A DNA stretch of 64,000 nucleotides from a virus. Its lineage: Duplodnaviria; Caudoviricetes. The position numbers and the translations under genes were made by a program. Of the stretch, positions 25,593-33,109 are shown piece by piece; the first letter of the stretch is position 1; each line of letters opens with the position of its first letter. Location: the IMG/VR virus record IMGVR_UViG_3300023108_000002. One strand, written 5' to 3'. The notes beneath the pieces are model-generated. The model searched no databases. It was given only the letters and a program-made list of their open reading frames with translations, and had not been told where the DNA came from.

Positions 25593-26165
25593 ATGGTAAA
25601 TTCAATGAACATTTTTGTACTAGATGAAAATCCAACTGTAGCCGCACAACTTCAATGCGACAAACATGTAGTAAAGATGATTGTCGAATCGGCACAAATG
25701 CTTTCCACGGCGCATAGAATGTTGGATGGTAAACATGAGAAACGACCATCTATCTCAGGAAAACGCATGGTCGACTATTGGGTTCATCCTAACCCAAACC
25801 TAGAGAAAACTCTTTACAAGGCTGTACACTTCACTCATCCCTGCACAGAGTGGACCACCGAGTCTCTTGCAAATTATATCTGGCATTACAACCATTGGGT
25901 GGCTCTATGTGACGAATACACATACAGATATGGAAAAATACATTCTACCGATGAATTATTGCGAGAGGTTTTGATCACACCTCCAATAAACATTGCAGAA
26001 GATGGACTCACTCCATTCAAACTTGCAATGAAAGATTCTCCTCAATGTCAATTTCCAGATGATCCTGTAAAGTCTTATCAGTTATTTTACCAAACAAAGC
26101 AAGAAAGGTTCAATATGGTATGGAGTAAACGGAACATTCCAGAATGGTTTCAAAAAACTCCTTGA
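25593..26165 (+). CDS. pyrimidine-dimer DNA glycosylase family protein (DenV-like)
   Basis: MNIF.LD..P..AA...CDKHVVKMIVESAQMLSTAH, HPCT.W, Y..RYGKIH; likely start at ATG 25605. Confidence 0.8.
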   Translation: MVNSMNIFVLDENPTVAAQLQCDKHVVKMIVESAQMLSTAHRMLDGKHEKRPSISGKRMVDYWVHPNPNLEKTLYKAVHFTHPCTEWTTESLANYIWHYNHWVALCDEYTYRYGKIHSTDELLREVLITPPINIAEDGLTPFKLAMKDSPQCQFPDDPVKSYQLFYQTKQERFNMVWSKRNIPEWFQKTP

Positions 26166-26191
26166 CAGACTAGAATGAAATATGTTATAAG
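26162..26191 (+). promoter_or_regulatory. sigma70-type promoter for rnh
   Basis: TTGACA at 26162; TG-T-TATAAG extended -10 at about 26183-26191. Confidence 0.55.
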
Positions 26192-26224
26192 TAATAGTAT
26201 GTAAAACAAAATAGAGACAAAATT

Positions 26225-27127
26225 ATGATTTTGATAGATCTAAGTCAAGTTATCATTTCTAATCTCATGACTCAGGTAGGCCCCAATACTGAAGATATTG
26301 ATGATGGCTTGATTCGACACATGATACTGAATAGTATTCTAAGAATTAAGAAAAAGTTTTCAGCAGAGTATGGAAATATCGTAATCTGTTGTGATAACAA
26401 AAATTATTGGAGAAAGGACATTTATCCATACTATAAATTCTCTCGCAAAAAAGAGAGAGAAGATTCTGGTATTGATTGGAGTCTTATCTTCAACACAATG
26501 AATGAAGTAAAGACAGACCTCAAGGAAGTCTTTCCTTACAAAATCATTGAACATGACCGTGTTGAAGCGGATGATATTATTGCAACCTTGACTCAGGCTT
26601 TTGCTCCTTATGAGAAAATCTTGATTATGTCTAGTGATAAAGACTTCAAACAACTGCAAAAATATCCCAATGTTTCTCAATATAGTCCTATGCAAAAAAG
26701 ATATCTCGTAGAGAAAAATCCTCAAAGATATTTAAGAGAGCATATTATTCGTGGTGATAAATCAGATGGAATACCTAACTTTTTGAGTGATGATGAAGTT
26801 TTTATAGAAAATCGTAGACAAAAACCCATCACAAAGAAAAACTTAGGAGATTGGCTTGATATGAGTCGTTGTCCAGAAGATTTCTGTGATGCAAATATGT
26901 TGAAACGATGGAAGAGAAACGAAGCACTTGTTGATCTTACATTGGTTCCAGAAGATATCAGAACTAAAATACTTGAAAAATTTGAAAATGAACCAGAAGG
27001 AGATATGAAAAAGGTATTCAATTATTTTATCAAGAACCGTATGATGATGTTGATGGAAGAAATTGACGGATTCAAAGAAAGTAAATATAAAACCTATCAT
27101 GAAGAAGATGTTATGAGGACAGCATGA
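26225..27127 (+). CDS. rnh: RNase H / 5'-3' exonuclease
   Basis: MILIDLSQ, CCDNKNYWRK..YPYYK..RK, VEADDIIA, SSDKDFKQL, GDKSDGIPN. Confidence 0.95.
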   Translation: MILIDLSQVIISNLMTQVGPNTEDIDDGLIRHMILNSILRIKKKFSAEYGNIVICCDNKNYWRKDIYPYYKFSRKKEREDSGIDWSLIFNTMNEVKTDLKEVFPYKIIEHDRVEADDIIATLTQAFAPYEKILIMSSDKDFKQLQKYPNVSQYSPMQKRYLVEKNPQRYLREHIIRGDKSDGIPNFLSDDEVFIENRRQKPITKKNLGDWLDMSRCPEDFCDANMLKRWKRNEALVDLTLVPEDIRTKILEKFENEPEGDMKKVFNYFIKNRMMMLMEEIDGFKESKYKTYHEEDVMRTA

Positions 27128-27321
27128 AAGAGAAATCCAAAAATTACAAGTGTTACTCAAAGGTAACACCAATCGTCTTTGAAAACCATTGTTATGGTTT
27201 TGAAGTAAAGGTAACTGAGGTGAACAGTAAATGGTCAAGAGATGGTCGTTCAATTGTAACCAAAAAGTTTTTTATCGATGAAACTAAAGCCACAGAGTTT
27301 GCAGAAAGTGTTAGAGTGTAA
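27124..27321 (+). CDS. hypothetical protein
   Basis: 65-aa ORF overlapping the rnh stop (ATGA) with a GAGGA SD. Confidence 0.6.
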   Translation: MKEKSKNYKCYSKVTPIVFENHCYGFEVKVTEVNSKWSRDGRSIVTKKFFIDETKATEFAESVRV

Positions 27322-27353
27322 TCAACGATTCCGTGGCGGAAATAGAGGAAAAA

Positions 27354-27848
27354 ATGAAAAGATTATTCGCTATATTAACAATGTCAATCCTATCAACAGC
27401 TGCATATGCTCAGAGTTATGCAGAAGGAACGATTGTTGATGTACAAACAATCTATGGTTCTAATTCTTATAATGTTCCAAAAAGAATTTGTAGTGATGTA
27501 GATGTTCCTGTTTATCGAAATGGCAATAATTCAAATAATATTATCACTGGTGCTATTATTGGTGGTGTTATTGGACATCAATTTGGTAAGGGGGATCAGA
27601 GAAAAGATAATAGAAATGCTGGTGCAATTATTGGTGGATTGATTGGAAGTCAAAATCAGAATGGAAATGTTGTGCAATATCGCAGAGAAACGCAATGTAG
27701 AACTGAGTATCAGCGTCAAGAAGAAAGTTTTATTTCACATTATATTGTTGTAATTAATGTGCATGGTAACACTATTCGTCAACAAACAGGAATTGCATAT
27801 AATGTAGGAGATACGGTAAGATTGAGAGTTTCTTATTCTCTAAATTAA
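27354..27848 (+). CDS. secreted glycine-zipper 2TM protein
   Basis: Signal peptide MKRLFAILTMSILSTAAYA; GAIIGGVIGHQFGKG...AGAIIGGLIG; start refined to ATG 27354. Confidence 0.85.
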   Translation: MKRLFAILTMSILSTAAYAQSYAEGTIVDVQTIYGSNSYNVPKRICSDVDVPVYRNGNNSNNIITGAIIGGVIGHQFGKGDQRKDNRNAGAIIGGLIGSQNQNGNVVQYRRETQCRTEYQRQEESFISHYIVVINVHGNTIRQQTGIAYNVGDTVRLRVSYSLN

Positions 27849-27864
27849 TTGAAAAAAACTTAGC

Positions 27865-27902
27865 TCGGGCCCTTGACTTTTGGGCCCGAATCACTTATAT
27901 TA
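27865..27902 (+). promoter_or_regulatory. early promoter whose -35 box lies inside an inverted repeat
   Basis: TCGGGCCC-TTGACTTTT-GGGCCCGA; TTGACT-17 nt-TATATTA. Confidence 0.7.
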
Positions 27903-27934
27903 TATATGTAAGTTAAGAAAAAGAGAGAAACAAT

Positions 27935-28273
27935 ATGATGAATACCGCCCTTGAAAATCTTCTTGAAAACATCAAAACTGACTATTACAACTGGACAAGT
28001 CGTAATGGTACTAAAGAGTTGACTCATATCAATCTAGATATGATTGAAGAATTCAACAACGGATTGTCATGGACAGTTGGTAGTAAATATATCAAAATTA
28101 TCTCAAACGGTGGTGTCTGGGGATTTGTTGTCAACACTGAAAATGACAAAAAATTCCGCATGGGTGATATCTTGAAAGCTGCTGGTTGGAACGCTCCTGC
28201 TCGAAATGCGGCGCGTGGAAATGTCTTTGAAGATTATGATATTCGGTGGACTGGACCTAACTACTTGATATAG
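27935..28273 (+). CDS. hypothetical protein (probable early gene)
   Basis: GSKYIKI...VWGFV...GDILKAAGWNAPA..ARGN motif typical of marine phage early genes. Confidence 0.75.
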   Translation: MMNTALENLLENIKTDYYNWTSRNGTKELTHINLDMIEEFNNGLSWTVGSKYIKIISNGGVWGFVVNTENDKKFRMGDILKAAGWNAPARNAARGNVFEDYDIRWTGPNYLI

Positions 28274-28281
28274 GAGTTACT

Positions 28282-28530
28282 ATGGAAGATATGATTGTAA
28301 GTTCTCTAGGCTATACAAAAGCGCAACTCACTGTTGCGTTTGACAAACTTACAGAAGGAATGGATAACTGGAAAATGCCAATCAGTTCTACCATTCATAT
28401 TTCTGATTGGAATGTGATGTGTGAAGCATGTGCGTTTTTCACAGGTTCCGAACTTTATCAAACATACGACAATGGTGATGGGACCATGAATGTAAAAGCG
28501 GAGGGCTATTATAACGCAATTGGCCCTTGA
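28282..28530 (+). CDS. hypothetical protein
   Basis: 82-aa ORF with AGGAG SD. Confidence 0.7.
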   Translation: MEDMIVSSLGYTKAQLTVAFDKLTEGMDNWKMPISSTIHISDWNVMCEACAFFTGSELYQTYDNGDGTMNVKAEGYYNAIGP

Positions 28531-28556
28531 CAATTCAAACCGAATCGGTTATATTA
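28526..28556 (+). repeat. 31-bp direct repeat copy 1, equal to an early promoter
   Basis: CTTGACAATTCAAACCGAATCGGTTATATTA; 30/31 identical to 29873-29903. Confidence 0.9.
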
Positions 28557-28582
28557 TACCCCTAACAAAAAGAGATGATCCC

Positions 28583-29143
28583 ATGCAACTAACATCTGAA
28601 CAAATATACAATGTGGCAAACTCAGCCGTAATTCAAAACTACATTCAAGAAAATCTTTATGATCCTTGGATAGATACTCCATTTGAGGGATATCGCTATA
28701 TGGATAGTAAACAAAAAGGGGCGCTGGGCGAAATATATGTCAGCCTTCTTTTTGAGGCTTGTGGATATGATGTGGAATTTGCTGAAACTTCTACGGCTGG
28801 TCACGATAGAGTTATAAACGGAATTCGCACTGAGATTAAATTTTCTCTTGCACACACCAACAACAAAAAAAGAATTCTAAAAGAAGATTGTTTTACTATG
28901 AATCATGTTGCTGTCGGTAAAGACTGGGAACGATTGATCTTCCTTGCGATTAACGGTGATCCCAACAAAGTTCGCGCCATGTATATGACGAAGAAAGAAT
29001 TCAAGCAGGCACTTGATACTAGTGAATATTTCTCTCATCAACAAGGTGGCAAGAGCGGTGACAATGATGATTATATGATTGCATCTGGTAAAATCGTAAA
29101 ACTAATGAACTCTGGATATATGAAGTCTCTTAGCGAATGGTAA
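28583..29143 (+). CDS. putative PD-(D/E)xK restriction-type endonuclease
   Basis: KGALGE...GHDRVING..EIKFS; stop overlaps the MTase start; start refined to ATG 28583 downstream of the promoter. Confidence 0.65.
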   Translation: MQLTSEQIYNVANSAVIQNYIQENLYDPWIDTPFEGYRYMDSKQKGALGEIYVSLLFEACGYDVEFAETSTAGHDRVINGIRTEIKFSLAHTNNKKRILKEDCFTMNHVAVGKDWERLIFLAINGDPNKVRAMYMTKKEFKQALDTSEYFSHQQGGKSGDNDDYMIASGKIVKLMNSGYMKSLSEW

Positions 29144-29877
29144 AACTAGACTTATATAATGGTGATTGTTTGGAAATCATGAAGACTATTGAAGACAATA
29201 GTGTTGACATGATTATGGCCGATCTACCATATGGCACCACAGCATGTAAATGGGATTCAATCATACCACTTGATGTGCTGTGGGAGCAATACAATCGTAT
29301 TTGTAAGAAGAATGCTGCCATGGTGTTTACAGCAGCACAGCCTTTTACTACGATTCTTGCTGCCTCTAATATTAAGAATCTTCGTTATGAATGGATATGG
29401 GAGAAGCCTCAGGGTACTAATCCTATGAATGCAAAGATTATGCCTCTTAAATCGCATGAGAATATTCTTGTATTCTACAGAGAGAAGCCTACATATAATC
29501 CACAAATGTGGTATAGCACTCCATATTCTGGTTATAAGAGTGATACTGCAACGATTGGTGAGGTTTATGGTAATGCAAAATCAAAGCATCGTGATAATCC
29601 AGATGGATCACGATATCCCAAAACAATCATCAAACATAAACAAGAGAAAGGATTTCATCCAACTCAAAAGCCAGTTGGTCTTATGGAATATCTGATCAAG
29701 ACTTATACAAATGAAGGAGATGTTGTTTTAGATAATACTATGGGGTCTGGTACAACTGGTGTTGCTGCGCAAAACCTTTGTCGTGGGTTTATTGGGATTG
29801 AAATGGACGAAAATTATTTCAACATCGCCAAAGAAAGAATTGAAAATAATTCTAATCTTTCTCGCTTTTTGTCTTGA
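29137..29877 (+). CDS. amino-DNA methyltransferase (N6A/N4C, beta class)
   Basis: Motif IV DLPYG near the N-terminus, WIWEK, HPTQKPV.L.EYLI, motif I VLDNTMGSGTTG near the C-terminus. Confidence 0.93.
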   Translation: MVKLDLYNGDCLEIMKTIEDNSVDMIMADLPYGTTACKWDSIIPLDVLWEQYNRICKKNAAMVFTAAQPFTTILAASNIKNLRYEWIWEKPQGTNPMNAKIMPLKSHENILVFYREKPTYNPQMWYSTPYSGYKSDTATIGEVYGNAKSKHRDNPDGSRYPKTIIKHKQEKGFHPTQKPVGLMEYLIKTYTNEGDVVLDNTMGSGTTGVAAQNLCRGFIGIEMDENYFNIAKERIENNSNLSRFLS

Positions 29878-29903
29878 CAATTCAAACCGAATCAGTTATA
29901 TTA
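29873..29903 (+). repeat. 31-bp direct repeat copy 2, equal to an early promoter
   Basis: CTTGACAATTCAAACCGAATCAGTTATATTA. Confidence 0.9.
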
Positions 29904-29927
29904 ATAATGTAATAAGAAAGACTGTTA

Positions 29928-30512
29928 ATGATTGCTAAAAAAGAAAAAACAATACTAGTAGACTGCGATGGCGTTCTCCTTGATTGGGAGTACGCCTTTG
30001 ATTGTTGGATGACTCGGCATGGATATGAAGTTGTCCAAGAAGGCGAATACAAAATGGATTTGAAATATGGACTTGCACGGGCCGAAGCAAAACGGCTGGT
30101 ACGAATGTTCAATGAATCTGCTTGGATTCGGAAATTGCCTCCTTTACGGGATGCGATCAAATATGTGAAAAAACTTCATGAAGAACATGGTTATATTTTC
30201 CACGCAATTACTAGTTTGAGTAACGATCAATATAGTCAACATCTTCGGACTAAAAACCTTCGGGAGTTGTTTGGAGATAGTGTCTTTGAACGGTATGTCT
30301 ATCTTGACACTGGTGCTGACAAAGACGAAGCTCTTTTGGAATACTCTGGTTGTGGATGTTTTTGGGTTGAAGATAAACCTGAGAACGCAGACCTTGGTTT
30401 GCGGATGGGTTTAGAAAGTCTTTTGGTTGCTCATGAACATAACTCTGGATACACTGGTAGTGCTCTTCGGGTTCAAAACTGGAAAGAAATCTATGGATTG
30501 ATTACCGATTAA
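29928..30512 (+). CDS. HAD-family 5'(3')-deoxyribonucleotidase-like protein
   Basis: ILVDCDGVLLDW (DxDGV), ITSL, K.., WVEDKPEN. Confidence 0.85.
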   Translation: MIAKKEKTILVDCDGVLLDWEYAFDCWMTRHGYEVVQEGEYKMDLKYGLARAEAKRLVRMFNESAWIRKLPPLRDAIKYVKKLHEEHGYIFHAITSLSNDQYSQHLRTKNLRELFGDSVFERYVYLDTGADKDEALLEYSGCGCFWVEDKPENADLGLRMGLESLLVAHEHNSGYTGSALRVQNWKEIYGLITD

Positions 30513-32665
30513 CTCATTTCATATAACCAAATTTTTCCAACCCCTGTTACAATAAATCTTGTTGTTCCAGGCAGTACGTGAATACCTGTGGCGAGATATC
30601 CAATGCCGGTATTTGTTATTGAAGATATTACCGAATCCCACGTATTGTTTGAATAATTATAATTCCTAAGATTAATACTATCGTGGTCGGTATAAAGAAG
30701 TGTCAATTTTTGGTTTGTACTATCGTGAGAAATACAGGTAGCTGTAGTACATTCAAGAAGTCCTGTGTCTACTAACCCACTATCTCCTGAGTTCGCACTA
30801 AATCCTGCTGATTTCGACCCACCATAAGTAGCAGCATCAATGTTTGCTGACATATCTCTATAAAAAAGTTTATATTTTTCTGATGTTGCACTACCCGAAT
30901 CCACTTCATTTGTAGTTACTATAAATGAATGAGGCCATTGGGAGTGTACTGATCTTGATAAATCCCAAGAATTCGCAAAATCCTGACTAGTTCCACTTAC
31001 TGTATTGAATTCACTCGTATAGGCGAAGTGTTGGTCTATTAAATTTCTGTCTAGAGAATTGAAAGTATCAGTCGAAGATTGTTGATCATAATTGTCTACA
31101 ACCCAGTGGCCAGTTCCGGCTGAAATATCCCAATCAAAAACTTCAATTTTGTGTCCTCTATATGTACCAGCGCTATGATGTTGATAAAATGACAGATAGT
31201 ATGAACGTAATATATCACTTCCGCCAACACTGAGTTGATGTTGTGCTAATAATTGTCCACGTTTAGTGCTATGTGTTGGATGAGTATTATGATTTCTATC
31301 CCCAGAAGGCAAATTCGGTTGTTGTTTTGGGTGGTTACTTGATACAAACTTAAAATAAGTATCTGAAGTCACAGCCGATGTGTAGTACGTAGCATCATTG
31401 ATGTATGATTCATTAAATTTTTTCATATAAAATTCTGTCGGCTGACCGCCACTATTGTAAGAGGTTCCTGGCACAACATTTAGATTGGACGAACGGGTTC
31501 CTGACTGATCTTTACCAACAAGTCCAATAACGTATTGAGAAGTATCCGGCGCCCCCATATATCTTGTAGTACCTTGGTCGGGTGACGCAAGTGAACCATA
31601 TGCAGTTGCGTGTGATTTATGACCTAAAGTTTCTGTACCACTCACCCAAATTATATGTTGGGGTGTACTATCGGGTGAAAACGAGGATCCGCTGTCTCCT
31701 ATCATCATTGCATGATAGCCATATGGTTTAGTACCACCACTATCTGTGACTTTACCTATACCTATTGTGCCATGTGTGTTAATTGACCAACCACCAGAGG
31801 CAGTTGGTGTATAATTACTGTTAGTTGGAGCTTCTGTGATTTGTGCAGCCCCCGTTACTGCCCCCCAATCAACCGTTGGATAGAATATTGAAGGTTCGCC
31901 TGCGCTTCTATTTGAGTAACCACTAGTAATTACACGAGCTCTTGCTTCCTCTATTCTAGTAGGATATGCCAACAATCCAGAAGTTCTCATTCCACCACCA
32001 CTATTAGTATATTCGTTGGTGACTTGAGAGGTTCCTTTTACGGCAACTAGAGAAAGAGATGAAACTGACTGTAATAAATCATAACTGGATTGTCCATATG
32101 AAGTGAATTCTAAACTCGCAAATGCAAGCGAGAAGTTTGCAGTTTTATTTACTGTATTGACACCTTCTGTCGCAGAAAATGTTAAATCGAAAGTACCTTC
32201 GTCCGCTGGGTCATTTGTGCCTGGAGTAACTGTGAATTGATTTGTATTTGCACCAGTTCCTTGTTGAACTGTCGCAGTAGTACCAAGAGAACCAGATGTG
32301 ACTGCATAACTCCAAGTTAAAGGTATTCCTTCTGGGTCTGAAGAAACGGCAGTAACAACTGTAGGTGTTCCATCTACAGCAAGATCGTATGTTGCATCCA
32401 CTCCAGTAATAGCTGTGGGACTTTCATTTACTAATGCAACACTATACCAACCATTTCCATCATGGATATAAAAATGTCGTGTACTAGATACAAATGCCAT
32501 GTCGCCAGTTGTATTTCCAGTTGAAGGCAAATTACTTATCGTTGCATAAACAGTTACGCCTCCGCCACCAATTTCACTAGTGGTGCCAGAAGAATCAATC
32601 TGGGTGTCCAGTGAACCACCTTCGGACATCAATTGTGATAATTTTCTTGCTCTAGATGCAGGCAT
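30509..32665 (-). CDS. virion fibre/adhesin-like protein
   Basis: S/T/G-rich; shared Y...W..VALVNESPTAITG...DPEGIPLTWSY Ig-like module; unique C-terminal domain. Confidence 0.7.
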   Translation of the reverse strand: MPASRARKLSQLMSEGGSLDTQIDSSGTTSEIGGGGVTVYATISNLPSTGNTTGDMAFVSSTRHFYIHDGNGWYSVALVNESPTAITGVDATYDLAVDGTPTVVTAVSSDPEGIPLTWSYAVTSGSLGTTATVQQGTGANTNQFTVTPGTNDPADEGTFDLTFSATEGVNTVNKTANFSLAFASLEFTSYGQSSYDLLQSVSSLSLVAVKGTSQVTNEYTNSGGGMRTSGLLAYPTRIEEARARVITSGYSNRSAGEPSIFYPTVDWGAVTGAAQITEAPTNSNYTPTASGGWSINTHGTIGIGKVTDSGGTKPYGYHAMMIGDSGSSFSPDSTPQHIIWVSGTETLGHKSHATAYGSLASPDQGTTRYMGAPDTSQYVIGLVGKDQSGTRSSNLNVVPGTSYNSGGQPTEFYMKKFNESYINDATYYTSAVTSDTYFKFVSSNHPKQQPNLPSGDRNHNTHPTHSTKRGQLLAQHQLSVGGSDILRSYYLSFYQHHSAGTYRGHKIEVFDWDISAGTGHWVVDNYDQQSSTDTFNSLDRNLIDQHFAYTSEFNTVSGTSQDFANSWDLSRSVHSQWPHSFIVTTNEVDSGSATSEKYKLFYRDMSANIDAATYGGSKSAGFSANSGDSGLVDTGLLECTTATCISHDSTNQKLTLLYTDHDSINLRNYNYSNNTWDSVISSITNTGIGYLATGIHVLPGTTRFIVTGVGKIWLYEMS

Positions 32666-33105
32666 TAGATAAGACCTTTTTCTTTTAGTTTCTCTCTATT
32701 TATGAGATGCAATTCTACTAATTCTTCTTTACTTTGGCCTTTATATGGGACAGCATGATGATTTTCTAACATTAGTGAAGTAATACTTCTTCGTGAAAAG
32801 TTATTTTTAGAGTCTTTGTATTCAATTTCAAAATCTCCAAGAATTCTTCCAAATTTTCCTGTCTTGTCTTTTTGTGTTTTGATAGTTTGAATGGAACCAA
32901 TTGGAAGCAATTCTTTTAGATATTCTTTTGCGGCCAGTCCATAAACTTTTTCTTCTTCGTTTTTCGTTCTGGATTCTGGTGTATCAATACCCATAATACG
33001 CACTCTTTCTCTATGCATCCAAATTCCGAATCCTAAATCAATGTCCACGTCTACTGTATCACCATCCACAATTCTTAAAATTTTACAATTATACTCATAT
33101 GCCAT
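32665..33105 (-). CDS. thermonuclease (SNase-like)
   Basis: RIVDGDTVD..IDLGF...RVRIMGIDTPESRT...GKFGRILG; start refined to MAYEY (33105). Confidence 0.88.
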   Translation of the reverse strand: MAYEYNCKILRIVDGDTVDVDIDLGFGIWMHRERVRIMGIDTPESRTKNEEEKVYGLAAKEYLKELLPIGSIQTIKTQKDKTGKFGRILGDFEIEYKDSKNNFSRRSITSLMLENHHAVPYKGQSKEELVELHLINREKLKEKGLI

Positions 33106-33109
33106 TATA

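Noticed and set aside
1529-30160. Numerous minus-strand and out-of-frame ORFs of 60-170 aa in the replication region
   Set aside because: They lie wholly over well-supported plus-strand genes and show no recognisable motifs
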